Below, piece by piece: positions 30,815 through 41,095 of a DNA stretch of 64,000 nucleotides. Source of the stretch: an uncultured Methanoregulaceae archaeon (GTDB lineage Archaea > Halobacteriota > Methanomicrobia > Methanomicrobiales > Methanospirillaceae). Location: the NCBI GenBank assembly GCA_963701095.1, contig OY969564.1:192001-256000 (forward strand), given 5' to 3'. Position 1 is the first letter of the stretch; the number at the start of each line of letters is the position of its first letter. A program made the translations under genes and the position numbers. The notes beneath the pieces are model-generated. The model was not told where the DNA came from and did not search any database. It saw nothing but the letters and a program-made list of their open reading frames with translations.

Positions 30815-30920
30815 CCGGAAACATACCAGGTTTCCCGGGTTCGTATTCGATTTGGTTAAAAACCAGTACGACAAATATACTCCATCATTCCTTGATTTTA
30901 TCTGATATCTCTTACCGGTC

Positions 30921-33284
30921 GTGCTACGGTTGACAGAAAAAAAGATCGCGCTTACAATAAAGGAGCTGGACGCCGGCTTTGGCCGTATCAGGGATCTCTC
31001 TGTATCTATTGGAAAGCTCTCTTCAGGTGATTGGGTTGAACCTGAGGGTCCGACACCGTACCCCTCGCTTGCAACACTCCGTTCCTGGGACCGGAAACTC
31101 CTTTCCCGGTACCAACCCTTCTACATGCCGTTCTGCGACCTTTGCTGCATGTGTACATTTGGCAAATGCGATTTGACCGGCACCAAAAAAGGAGCGTGTG
31201 GAATTACGATGCCTGCCCAGCAGGCAAGGACCGTGCTCATGACGGCCTGTATCGGGGCAGCTACCCATACGAGCCATGCGCGTGAACTGGTGACGTACGC
31301 AATTAAACGTGCCGGACGTGATTGTATCATCGAACCGGGTGGCAATGCAATTGGCGTGGAAGCCCCGATTATCCGGCTTGTATGCGGCGAAAAACCCCAA
31401 ACCCTTGCCGATCTTGAAACTGTCCTCGATTACTGCGAGAGCCAGATCACATCTCTCCTTGCGGCCACGCATACCGGACAGGAAGGCGATCCCCTTGATT
31501 TCGAAAGCAAGGTGCTTCATGCCGGTATGATTGACCAGGTGGGAATGGAAGTGGCAGATCTGGCCCAGATTGCAGCTCTTGGGTATCCCAAAGCCGATCC
31601 TGACGCCCCGCTGGCTGCATTGGGTATGGGCACGGTCGAAACCACAAAACCCGTCATCCTTGTGATCGGCCATAACGTGCCACCTTCGGTAGCAATTATC
31701 GATTACCTTTCACGGGAAAATATGACCGATCAGGTCGAAGTTACCGGTATCTGCTGTACATCGATCGATGCGAGCCGGTACTCCCCGCGGGCAAAGATCA
31801 TAGGCCCCATGTCGTGGCAGCTCCGGTATATCCGGAGCGGGATACCGGATGTGATTGTCGTTGACGAGCAGTGCGTTCGGACTGATGCGTTTTCCGAAGC
31901 CTCATTGGTTGGTACGCCCTTTATTGCAACATCCGACAAGAACTGCATGGGCCTACCAGACCGGACCGATGACCCGGCCGATGCCATTGTTGCTGACCTG
32001 TCTACCGGCCTACAGAAAGGTGTCCTTATCCTCGATCCGGAAAAGGCCGGGGAAGTGGCAGTCCGTGTTGCCAGAGCTGTTATGCCGGCCCGGAGAAAAT
32101 CTTTGGCTTCTGCTAATCCAGCACTTATCAGTGAAAAAGCAGCCGAATGCACGCAGTGCCAGTTATGCAGGAGAGCCTGTCCCAACGATCTTGCCATCCC
32201 CCAGGCGATGAAGGCCGCCGGCGATGGGGATCTGTCATTCCTGTCTGCCATTTATGATATCTGTGTTGGCTGTGGCCGGTGTGAACATACCTGTGTAAAG
32301 AAAATCCCGGTTCATTCGCTGATTGTATCAGCCGCTGCTGATAAGATAAAAAAAGAGCGGTATGTGATCCGTACCGGGAGAGGCGCGATTCAGGATGTCG
32401 AGATCCGTAATGTCGGTGGCCCCATTGTGCTTGGAGAGATCCCCGGAGTAGTTGCGTTTGTCGGCTGCTCCAATTTTGCTAACGGGGGAAAGGAAATTGC
32501 CGAGATGGCAGTCGAATTTGCGAAGCGCCGGTATATTGTGGTCACATCAGGCTGCGCTGCAATGTCCATCGGGATGTACCGGGATGAGGAAGGCAAAACC
32601 CCCTACGAACGGTTCCCGGGCAGTTTTACTGCCGGCGGTATCGTTAATGTCGGTTCCTGTGTTGCTAACGCCCATATTGCCGGGGCAACTATAAAGATCG
32701 CCAGTATCTTTGCACGGCGCAACCTGCGCGGGAACTATGCCGAGATTGCAGATTATGTGCACAACCGGGTTGGAGCCGTCGGTGTTGCGTGGGGTGCGAT
32801 GTCCCAAAAAGCTGCGGCAATTGCAAGCGGGTTCTGGCGGCTTGGTATCCCAGTGGTAGTGGGTCCGCACGGTACCAAATACAGGCGTATGCTCCTTGGT
32901 CGTGCAGATCACGATGAAGACTGGTATGTATGCGACCAGCGTACCGGGGAAGAGGTCTATGCCGGGCCTGCACCGGAACACCTTTTTGTCGCCGCAGAGA
33001 CAAAGGAAGAGGCGATGGTTTTAATCGCAAAACTGTGTATGCGGCCAAACGATACGAGCCGCGGTCGTGCGATGAAACTTTCGCATTATATCGATTTGTA
33101 CCAGCGTCACAACGGAGTGATGCCCGACGATATCCCGCGGTACATCCGTACCATGTCTGATATACCGGTGACCCTTAAAGGGGATGTTTCGCGTATTCTT
33201 TTAAAATCCGCCTGGAAGGAACGACCGATTCCGGATCCGACCCTTTTCCGGCACAGTAAACCCATCTCGCCGGAGGAGCGCTGA
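30921..33284 (+). CDS. cdhA: ACDS alpha subunit (CO dehydrogenase)
   Basis: CDLCCMCTFGKC; C-cluster ligands GHN, CCT, EQC, VGC, SGC, GSC; two extra ferredoxin motifs; start 30921 or TTG 30930. Confidence 0.95.
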   Translation: MLRLTEKKIALTIKELDAGFGRIRDLSVSIGKLSSGDWVEPEGPTPYPSLATLRSWDRKLLSRYQPFYMPFCDLCCMCTFGKCDLTGTKKGACGITMPAQQARTVLMTACIGAATHTSHARELVTYAIKRAGRDCIIEPGGNAIGVEAPIIRLVCGEKPQTLADLETVLDYCESQITSLLAATHTGQEGDPLDFESKVLHAGMIDQVGMEVADLAQIAALGYPKADPDAPLAALGMGTVETTKPVILVIGHNVPPSVAIIDYLSRENMTDQVEVTGICCTSIDASRYSPRAKIIGPMSWQLRYIRSGIPDVIVVDEQCVRTDAFSEASLVGTPFIATSDKNCMGLPDRTDDPADAIVADLSTGLQKGVLILDPEKAGEVAVRVARAVMPARRKSLASANPALISEKAAECTQCQLCRRACPNDLAIPQAMKAAGDGDLSFLSAIYDICVGCGRCEHTCVKKIPVHSLIVSAAADKIKKERYVIRTGRGAIQDVEIRNVGGPIVLGEIPGVVAFVGCSNFANGGKEIAEMAVEFAKRRYIVVTSGCAAMSIGMYRDEEGKTPYERFPGSFTAGGIVNVGSCVANAHIAGATIKIASIFARRNLRGNYAEIADYVHNRVGAVGVAWGAMSQKAAAIASGFWRLGIPVVVGPHGTKYRRMLLGRADHDEDWYVCDQRTGEEVYAGPAPEHLFVAAETKEEAMVLIAKLCMRPNDTSRGRAMKLSHYIDLYQRHNGVMPDDIPRYIRTMSDIPVTLKGDVSRILLKSAWKERPIPDPTLFRHSKPISPEER

Positions 33285-33290
33285 TTTATC

Positions 33291-33847
33291 ATGAGTTCCG
33301 CAGAACCCTGGCAGACTGCCGAAGTTTCCGGTCCGAAAAAGCTACCGTCATTACCAAGCCGGCCATGGTACGTGCGGTTATTAACCATGCCCGTCACCCG
33401 TTGCTTATTATCGGAAACCGTGCTGCTTCAATCGATATCGGGGAGAAAAAGTTCGTTGATTACCTTATCGATCTTGCCCGGGTGCACAAGATCCCGGTGA
33501 TTGCTACCGGCCATGTGAATAAATCTCTGAGGGACCGGGGGTACACAAACGCAATTATTATCCCGGCAGTCGAAGCCTGCCAGCGTGTTGCGGATCCGCT
33601 GTGGCATGGGATACATGGAAAAGGTCCTTGTGATCTTGCCCTGTTTGCCGGCCTACCGTATCCTATGGAATGGACACTTCTTTCCGGTCTCAAGCATGCA
33701 GCCCCCCATACAAAGAGCATCTCGCTCGATAACACGTACCAGCCAAACGCGACTTGGTCGTTTGCAAACCTCTCGGTTAAAGACTGGCAGGAAAATCTTG
33801 CAGCCATCACTGCAGAGATCGCTCTGGAGGGATCTGCAGATGTTTGA
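33291..33847 (+). CDS. cdhB: ACDS epsilon subunit; frameshift in A-run near 33340
   Basis: EPWQTAE..GP, PLLIIG, DPLWHG, LSGLKH, YQPNATWSF. Confidence 0.9.
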
Positions 33848-35225
33848 AGATATTCCGGCGGACATCGGGCTTGTCCACGTGGGTGAAAGGATCCGGAAAA
33901 ACGATATGTTTGTCGAACTGGGCGGCCCGTCTGTACAGGAAAAATTTGAGCTGGTCCGAGTACGAAAACCTGAAGAGATCCATGACGATAAAATCACCGT
34001 AACTGGTCCGGATCTTGCCGATATGCAGGAAGGCATGAAATATCCTCTTGGTATTCTGGTGGAAATTGCCGGGCCACAGCTCGAAGAGGATATTGAAGGG
34101 GTTATCGAGCGTCGTATCCATGAATATACAAATTATATCGAGGGATTCATGCACCTTAATCAGCGGTACGATATCTGGGTAAGGGTTTCCAAAAAAGCCT
34201 ATATGAAAGGTTTTACCACACTCTCCTTTGTAGGCAAGGTGCTCATTGCTCTCCTCAAAAACGAGTTACCCCTGATAGAAAAGATGCAGGTCACCTTTTT
34301 CACCGAAAAAGAGATGATTGCCGTACGGTACGCTGATGCACTGGCGGTATATGAGGCACGGGATTCGCGGGCACGGGGATTAACGGACAATGATGTCGAT
34401 GTTTTTTACGGCTGCGCATTATGCCAGTCGTTCGCGCCCAGTCATGTCTGTGTAATCACCCCGCAGCGGTACGCTAACTGTGGCGCTATCAGCTGGTTTG
34501 ACGGAAGGGCAGCTGCACGGATCGATCCCAAAGGGCCGATTTTTCCCATCAGTAAAGGTGAATGCCTTGACCCGGTGAAAGGTGAATATTCCGGGATCAA
34601 TGAAAGCGCAAAAAAACGATCGCTAGGAACCGTGCATCGGATCTTCCTGTACAGTGCATTTACCTGCCCCCATACTTCGTGCGGGTGTTTTGAAGGGATT
34701 GCTTTCTACATTCCTGAGGTTGAAGGTTTCGGGATCGTCATGAGAGGGTACAAGGACGTTACCGTAAACGGGCTGCCTTTTTCGACGATGGCAGATTCTA
34801 CCGCCGGGGGCCGCCAGGTCGACGGGTTCCATGGAATCTCGCTTGAATATATGCGATCTCCCCTATTCCTTGCAGCGGATGGAGGATATAACAGGGTCGC
34901 CTGGATGCCATCCGATCTCCGGGACCAGCTCCGGGAATTCATCCCGGCGGATCTCTTCGGAAAGATTGCAACAGAAAAAGATGTCAGAACCGTGAGCGAA
35001 CTCAGGGATTTCCTTTCTTTGCATATCCACCCGGTTATGGATCGCTGGAAAACCGAAGAAAACCAGATCATGGACACAGAAAATGGTGCCGTCCAGGTCT
35101 TTTCCGGTGGTGATTTTCCCGTTATGTCCGGGGGTTTTAAGATTATCTTTAAAAATGCCCGGATTACTGCTGAACGAGTGATCATTGAGCCCATCCCGAC
35201 AAAAAAACCGGGAGGGAGTTCGTAA
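33840..35225 (+). CDS. cdhC: ACDS beta subunit (acetyl-CoA synthase)
   Basis: HLNQR, CALCQSFAPSHVC, HTSCGCFE A-cluster motifs. Confidence 0.95.
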   Translation: MFEDIPADIGLVHVGERIRKNDMFVELGGPSVQEKFELVRVRKPEEIHDDKITVTGPDLADMQEGMKYPLGILVEIAGPQLEEDIEGVIERRIHEYTNYIEGFMHLNQRYDIWVRVSKKAYMKGFTTLSFVGKVLIALLKNELPLIEKMQVTFFTEKEMIAVRYADALAVYEARDSRARGLTDNDVDVFYGCALCQSFAPSHVCVITPQRYANCGAISWFDGRAAARIDPKGPIFPISKGECLDPVKGEYSGINESAKKRSLGTVHRIFLYSAFTCPHTSCGCFEGIAFYIPEVEGFGIVMRGYKDVTVNGLPFSTMADSTAGGRQVDGFHGISLEYMRSPLFLAADGGYNRVAWMPSDLRDQLREFIPADLFGKIATEKDVRTVSELRDFLSLHIHPVMDRWKTEENQIMDTENGAVQVFSGGDFPVMSGGFKIIFKNARITAERVIIEPIPTKKPGGSS

Positions 35226-36464
35226 ATGCAGGACAAAAACCCCGGTGAAGAAAAAACGATCCCTGATTCGATACGGATCCATGAAGCCCTTCCCCGCATC
35301 CTTGCCATGATCTCGGGAAAAGGACGGATCGAGCTTGAAAACTTTTCCATGGAGATCGGCGACCTCGAATTCTGGATCCCGACCGGTACTACTTCAGCAC
35401 CATCCGGATCAGCTATGACAGTTCACCAGAAACCTTCCGCTTTGATCCAAGAGACATTCTTTCCCCTGGAGGAAGACTTTGTCGGCAGGATCCATGAGGT
35501 CAGGCTCGGTGAGACTGCATCCGGGGGAGGTACCCGGGGAAAAGTCCTGACCATCGGCGGATCGGATTATCCCCCGTTTGTGAGCGCTGATCATCCGGCA
35601 CCCGATGCACCTATATTTGCACTTGATGTTTTTGATATGGAGGTGCCGCTGCCAAAAGTCCTTATGGAAAACGTAAAGGATGTAGTCAGCGATCCTGCCG
35701 AATGGGCGCGGATGAACGTGAAAAAATATGGCGCTGATATGATCACCGTCCACCTGATGTCAACGGATCCGCTTATCCGGGATGCTTCCCCGGAGGCAGC
35801 GGCCCGGACGGTAGAAGAAGTTCTCCAGGCAGTTGATGTCCCCCTGATTATAGGGGGGTGCGGTGATCCTCGGAAAGATGCCCAGGTCTTTTGTAAGGTT
35901 GCCGAAGTCGCTCATGGCGAACGGCTGCTGTTAAACTCCGTAACGCTCGGCATGACCGAAACGAAGACGCTTGATGTCGTTGCCCGGGCTGCTAAAGAGT
36001 ACAACCATGCAGTCCTTGGCTTTACCGGTCTTGAACTGAACAAGGCAAAGGAGCTTAACCGCCGTCTCTACGAGTACCTTCCGCCGGAAGACATTGTTAT
36101 GGATCTTACGACGGTGGCACTCGGCTACGGTCTCGAGTATTCGTTTACCATTCATGAGCGTGCACGCCATGCTGCCCTGATGGGCGACACTGAACTCCAG
36201 CAGCCAACCATTTCAGCATCCACAAATGCCTGGGCAGCCCGCGAAGCATGGATGAAGATGGACAAAAAATACGGTTCACGAGGCCTTCGCGGCCCTCTCT
36301 GGGAGACGATAAACGCTCTCACGCTCCTTCTTGCAGGTGTGGATATCTTCATGATGATGCATCCTGCCGCAATCCGGACCTGTAAGGATATGATACAGAC
36401 ATTTTCCGAGAAAGATGCGCCTGTTCCGGATGACATAGCCCGGTGGGCGACGATGAAGATCTGA
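35226..36464 (+). CDS. cdhD: ACDS delta subunit (corrinoid FeS protein small subunit)
   Basis: GGTR, HLMSTDP, ALGYGLEY, NAWAAREAW, MMMHP. Confidence 0.93.
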   Translation: MQDKNPGEEKTIPDSIRIHEALPRILAMISGKGRIELENFSMEIGDLEFWIPTGTTSAPSGSAMTVHQKPSALIQETFFPLEEDFVGRIHEVRLGETASGGGTRGKVLTIGGSDYPPFVSADHPAPDAPIFALDVFDMEVPLPKVLMENVKDVVSDPAEWARMNVKKYGADMITVHLMSTDPLIRDASPEAAARTVEEVLQAVDVPLIIGGCGDPRKDAQVFCKVAEVAHGERLLLNSVTLGMTETKTLDVVARAAKEYNHAVLGFTGLELNKAKELNRRLYEYLPPEDIVMDLTTVALGYGLEYSFTIHERARHAALMGDTELQQPTISASTNAWAAREAWMKMDKKYGSRGLRGPLWETINALTLLLAGVDIFMMMHPAAIRTCKDMIQTFSEKDAPVPDDIARWATMKI

Positions 36465-36476
36465 GGGGGACAAAAG

Positions 36477-37910
36477 ATGTCGGAACGCGAACCAAAAAAA
36501 ACGATTAAAGAGATCAGTCCCATCGACGTTTACAAACTGCTCCCCAAGACCAATTGCAAAGAATGTGGGGAAGCAAATTGTATGGCTTTTGCCACAAAAG
36601 TGGTCAATGGAGAGCTTGTCATTGATAACTGCCCTCCAGTGACAAAGGAAGAATACCGGGTTAATTTTACAAAACTCGAAAATCTTATGGCGCCACCGGT
36701 AAGGACAGTTATTGTCGGGACCGGTGAACGGGCGATGAAACTGGGGGGAAAATATGTCCTTTACCGCCATGAGTTCACGTACCATAACGCGACGCCTATC
36801 GCCATTGATATCTCTGACGATTTATCGGATACTGAACGGGATGCACGGGTCAGGGCCATTGCAGATTTCTCGTACAATTATATCGGGCGCGAACTGCGAC
36901 TTGACGCTGTCGCTATCCGCTCCACCCAGCACGACCCCGCTGCATTTTCAGCTGCAGTAACTGCCGTCGCAGCCCAGACCGACCTGCCCCTTATTCTCTG
37001 TACATATGATGCCGCCATCATGGCTGCCGGCCTTGCCCATATCAAAGAACGCCGCCCTCTCCTGTATGCAGCAACAAAAGACAACTGGAAGGATATGGCG
37101 GAACTTGCCCTTCGTTATGCCTGTCCCCTTGTTGTCTCCGCTCCGCATGATATCGCTCTCTTGCGATCCCTTGTGAAGACGCTTGTTGCCTATGGTGTGA
37201 CAGATCTGGTGCTCGATCCAGGAACAGCTGTTGAACCCGGTCTTTCCGGGACGATTCATGCCTTCTCGCAAATCCGACGGGCAGTTTTTTCGGCAGGAGA
37301 CGAACTTTTGGGATATCCGCTGCTCGGAACACCAATCACGGCATGGCTTTCCCCGGAGATCTCGCATGAGCTGATACAATGGAAAGAAGCATGTGCGGCC
37401 TCTATGCTCTTGTCCCGGTATGCCGACCTGTTGATCTTACACAGCCTCGAAGGATGGGTTCTTCTTCCCCAGCTGATATGGCGTTTTAACCTCTATACCG
37501 ATCCCAGAAAACCGGTATCAGTTGATACGGGCGTCAGGGTATTTGGTAATCCCAAAAAGGACGCGCCGGTACTCATTACCACCAATTATGCGCTGACATA
37601 TTTCACCGTAGAGAGCGATATTAAATCAGCAGGGATTGACTGCTTTTTAATTGTCGTTGATACCGGGGGTAACAGTGTGGAAAGTGCTGTTGCCGGACGG
37701 TACCTGAACGCGGAATCAATTGCGGCGGCTCTGAAAGATACTGGCATAGCAGACCGGGTCAATTACCGGTACCTTATCATCCCCGGTCTTGCTGCGAGGT
37801 TGAGTGGCGAAACTGAAGAAGCCAGTGGCTGGCATGTACTTGTTGGCCCGAAGGACTCTTCCGGCATTCCGGCATTTCTTAAAGCTCACTGGCCACCGAA
37901 AAAATGGTAA
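36477..37910 (+). CDS. cdhE: ACDS gamma subunit (corrinoid FeS protein large subunit)
   Basis: LPKTNCKECGEANCMAFA, YTDPRKP, TTNYALTYF, IIPGLAA. Confidence 0.95.
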   Translation: MSEREPKKTIKEISPIDVYKLLPKTNCKECGEANCMAFATKVVNGELVIDNCPPVTKEEYRVNFTKLENLMAPPVRTVIVGTGERAMKLGGKYVLYRHEFTYHNATPIAIDISDDLSDTERDARVRAIADFSYNYIGRELRLDAVAIRSTQHDPAAFSAAVTAVAAQTDLPLILCTYDAAIMAAGLAHIKERRPLLYAATKDNWKDMAELALRYACPLVVSAPHDIALLRSLVKTLVAYGVTDLVLDPGTAVEPGLSGTIHAFSQIRRAVFSAGDELLGYPLLGTPITAWLSPEISHELIQWKEACAASMLLSRYADLLILHSLEGWVLLPQLIWRFNLYTDPRKPVSVDTGVRVFGNPKKDAPVLITTNYALTYFTVESDIKSAGIDCFLIVVDTGGNSVESAVAGRYLNAESIAAALKDTGIADRVNYRYLIIPGLAARLSGETEEASGWHVLVGPKDSSGIPAFLKAHWPPKKW

Positions 37911-37980
37911 CCCGGGTCCTGGAGTCGACATTGATTTGATCGTGTGCCAGTATCCTGGTATAGAAGGAGAAAAGAACCCT

Positions 37981-39825
37981 ATGCAGCAACCGGAAATAAA
38001 AGAACTCAGGGTTTTCTTCCAGCCGATGAACCGGGTGGTCACTGTTCCGGCAGGAACCTCCCTTTTTTCGGCAATTGCTTTAGCTGGTATTGCCATTGAG
38101 GGAATCTGCGGTGGCAAAGGAACCTGTGGGAAATGCCGGGTGATTTTAACCCGGGGGAGTTGTCAGGAGGCTCCCGCATCCGATTCAGGCTGCCGGCTTA
38201 CAAAAAAGGAAGAGGAACAGGGGTATCATCTCGCCTGCCAGGTGAAGGTTACCGAAGATGCAGAATTCACCATCCCGGTAGAGAGCCGCATCGATTCCCC
38301 CCAGATCCTGATTACCAGGACCGGAATAACCGGCGGCATCGATCCGGCAGTCAAACGGTACCGTGTGGATATGTCGCCATCTGACGGGCTGCCATTTGCA
38401 TCCCGGTCAGTCAGGTTTGCAGGATATTCAGGTATGCGGCCCCGTATGTCGGATGAAAAGTACAATAAGCTCCTTGCCACAGATATACCGCGATCAGCCA
38501 CCCTTTCTGAGTCCCGGCCGACACCCGTCCTTCTCGGAATATCACCGGCTGATGAATCCATACCCCTCTATGGTATTGCCGTGGATCTTGGAACAACAAC
38601 TGTTGTCGGTTGCCTTGTCTGCCTCGATACCGGGGAGATCCTTGCCACCGGTTCTACGTTGAACCGGCAGATAACCTATGGCGAGGAACTGCTTACAAGG
38701 ATAGCGTACGCCAGTTCACCAGAAGGACTTATCACGCTCCAGAAATCTGCAGCCGAAAGCATCAATGATGTCATCGGGACATTGTCTCTTGTTTCCGGTA
38801 TCAAAAGTGCGGATATTGTTGATGTCTGTATTGCAGGGAACACAGTGATGAATCATCTTCTCTGTGGCCTCGATCCACGTTACCTCGAACTTACCGATGT
38901 CCCGGTTTCCCGGTTGCCAATCAAAAAAAGCGCACAGGACCTCGGACTTGACGTACATCCGGAGTCAGGGGTCTACTGTCTTCCTAATGTCAGTAGGTTT
39001 GTTGGGGGCGATGCCGTTGGTGACATGATTACTGCCGGCGTCCATTTTTCTGATGAACTTTCTCTTATTGTTGATCTTGGTACGAATGGGGAGATCGTCC
39101 TTGGCAACCGGAATTGGGCAGCTTCGGTCTCTTGTGCGTCAGGCCCTGCCTTTGAGGGTGCCGGTATCAGGTCCGGGATGCGGGCAATGAAAGGAGCGAT
39201 TGATCATGTGTGGGTTAACCCCGACACCGGTGCAATCTCATGGAGTACTATAGGCTCTGCTCAGGCCCGAGGTATCTGTGGGTCAGGGATCATCGATCTC
39301 GGTGTTGCCATGGTAGAGACCGGGGCTCTAGATTTTGCCGGGAAACTCAATTTCCGGCATCCCAAAGTCCTGTCAAGCCCTGAAGGTCCGGAATTTATCC
39401 TTGTCCCGGCGACCGAGACCGGGACAGGCTGGGATATTGTCATTACCCAGCAGGATATCGATTATCTCATGGATTCAAAAGCTGCTGCCTGCGGAGCAAT
39501 CGCTGTCCTTTTAAAAAGATACAAATGCACGGTCTGGGATGTTCGGCATCTTTACCTGGCCGGCGCATTTGGCGCATACACCGATATACAGAATGCTGTC
39601 CGTTTTGGCATTCTTCCCCGGTTCCCGGTGGCTACGGTTCATGCTCTGGGTAATGGTTCGTTGTCAGGAGCATACGCAACGCTTGTCTCTATGCAAAACC
39701 GGAAAGAAGCCGAAGCATTGGCGCGCCATATGGTATATATCGACCTGATGGTGGACACCTCATTTGCCGAAGAATATGCCGCAGCACTCTACATACCGGG
39801 AAAACAGGATCTTTTTCCGCCGTAA
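37981..39825 (+). CDS. RACE/AcsV-type reductive activator of corrinoid proteins (2Fe-2S plus ASKHA)
   Basis: CGGKGTCGKC..LAC, VDLGTTT, DLGTNGE, SGPAFEG, GICGSG, LAGAFG. Confidence 0.9.
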   Translation: MQQPEIKELRVFFQPMNRVVTVPAGTSLFSAIALAGIAIEGICGGKGTCGKCRVILTRGSCQEAPASDSGCRLTKKEEEQGYHLACQVKVTEDAEFTIPVESRIDSPQILITRTGITGGIDPAVKRYRVDMSPSDGLPFASRSVRFAGYSGMRPRMSDEKYNKLLATDIPRSATLSESRPTPVLLGISPADESIPLYGIAVDLGTTTVVGCLVCLDTGEILATGSTLNRQITYGEELLTRIAYASSPEGLITLQKSAAESINDVIGTLSLVSGIKSADIVDVCIAGNTVMNHLLCGLDPRYLELTDVPVSRLPIKKSAQDLGLDVHPESGVYCLPNVSRFVGGDAVGDMITAGVHFSDELSLIVDLGTNGEIVLGNRNWAASVSCASGPAFEGAGIRSGMRAMKGAIDHVWVNPDTGAISWSTIGSAQARGICGSGIIDLGVAMVETGALDFAGKLNFRHPKVLSSPEGPEFILVPATETGTGWDIVITQQDIDYLMDSKAAACGAIAVLLKRYKCTVWDVRHLYLAGAFGAYTDIQNAVRFGILPRFPVATVHALGNGSLSGAYATLVSMQNRKEAEALARHMVYIDLMVDTSFAEEYAAALYIPGKQDLFPP

Positions 39826-39888
39826 TCATGATGTGCATGGCTGGAACGCACCTAAGTACTTTAATGCCGGTAAACAATCTGATCAGGT

Positions 39889-40935
39889 ATGATCACTGTT
39901 GACAAGGAATACTATCCGTTCCTTGTTGTCCTGTTTTTTACAGTCGTTGCTCTTGTCATTTTCTGGCCTTTTCTTGCTATGGTCGTTCTCGGGGGGTCAC
40001 TCGCCGTAGTGATGACGCCGCTCCACCAACGGCTGATGCACTATATCCGTCCGGCCATTTCTGCTACCCTTATAACAGTAATCCTCTTTGCTCTTTTTGC
40101 CGGGGCAGTGTATGTTACTCTTCTGATTCTCCGGGGAAATGCAGGTCTCACAGACCAGATGTTTGCAACAATTGGATCGTGGCTGGGAAGTCCCACTACC
40201 CATCCGGGGGTTTTCGGGTTTACTATCAGTAAGGATACGTTGATGGTATGGCTTGCCCGGGGCAATGCACTCTTTGTCAATTACTGGACGACACTTGCAA
40301 ACAACCTCACTTTAATTATTTTTAGTGCTCTTGTTTTTTTCATCTCTTTTTTCCTGCTTCTCCTCAATGGCATTGCATTAAAGGAGAATATTTTCTGTCG
40401 CTTGCCAGAGCCGGTCAGAAAATATTGCGATCAGCTGACGCCGGTAACGATAGACACGCTGTATGTCATCTATATCGTCCAGATCGTGATTGCAGGTCTG
40501 ACCTTTTTCATTGCCCTTCCGGTATTTTACTTCCTCGGCTACGGACACATTCTGTTTTACTCGTTTCTTGCGGCATTATGTGAGGTTGTACCAATCCTTG
40601 GTTCGTCGGTGGCTTTTATTATTGTCGGGGGATACGCTCTCGCGCTTGGGGATCTCCATGGATTTCTCATTATGATTTTTCTTGGCTATGTCGTTGTTTC
40701 TGCGCTCCCGGAGATCTATATCCGCCCTGTGCTTGTGGGGCGACGGGTCAAGATTCACCCGGTAATTATGTTCATAGGCCTTATTGGCGGTCTTTTAACG
40801 CTAGGACTTGCAGGTTTTGTCCTGGGGCCTCTGATTATTGTGCTTCTCATGAAAAGCTATCGTATCTGGACGGATGAGCGTAAGTGTGCGAAACAACCTC
40901 CTGATGGAGGGACCGGAGAGCATCCTCTCCTTTGA
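39889..40935 (+). CDS. AI-2E family transporter
   Basis: Multi-TM; IRPVLVG..KIHP..GGLLTLGLAGFVLGP. Confidence 0.88.
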   Translation: MITVDKEYYPFLVVLFFTVVALVIFWPFLAMVVLGGSLAVVMTPLHQRLMHYIRPAISATLITVILFALFAGAVYVTLLILRGNAGLTDQMFATIGSWLGSPTTHPGVFGFTISKDTLMVWLARGNALFVNYWTTLANNLTLIIFSALVFFISFFLLLLNGIALKENIFCRLPEPVRKYCDQLTPVTIDTLYVIYIVQIVIAGLTFFIALPVFYFLGYGHILFYSFLAALCEVVPILGSSVAFIIVGGYALALGDLHGFLIMIFLGYVVVSALPEIYIRPVLVGRRVKIHPVIMFIGLIGGLLTLGLAGFVLGPLIIVLLMKSYRIWTDERKCAKQPPDGGTGEHPLL

Positions 40936-41009
40936 TCAACCTGGAATTCAATTGTGAATTAGGATCACACGATACGCTCTTAATTCTGGCTGACAAATAA
41001 TGACAGGAA

Positions 41010-41094
41010 GCGAGGGTAGTCAAGCCCGGTCAAAGGCGCCGGATTTAGGGTCCGGTCTCGCAGGAGTTCAAGGGTTCGAATCCCTTCCCTCGCA
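41010..41094 (+). tRNA. tRNA-Leu(TAG), intronless, CCA not encoded
   Basis: GCGAGGG/CCCTCGC acceptor stem, CCGGA-TTTAGGG-TCCGG anticodon arm, long variable arm, GGTTCGAATCC T-loop, discriminator A. Confidence 0.96.
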
Positions 41095-41095
41095 T

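Noticed and set aside
33585..37980. N-terminal extensions of CdhC (from 33585) and RACE (from 37804)
   Set aside because: They overlap upstream genes; homology begins at ATG 33840 and 37981.
39826..39885. Possible C/D box sRNA (ATGATGT...CTGA)
   Set aside because: C box mismatched, no clear C'/D' boxes; the region is better explained as the AI-2E promoter.
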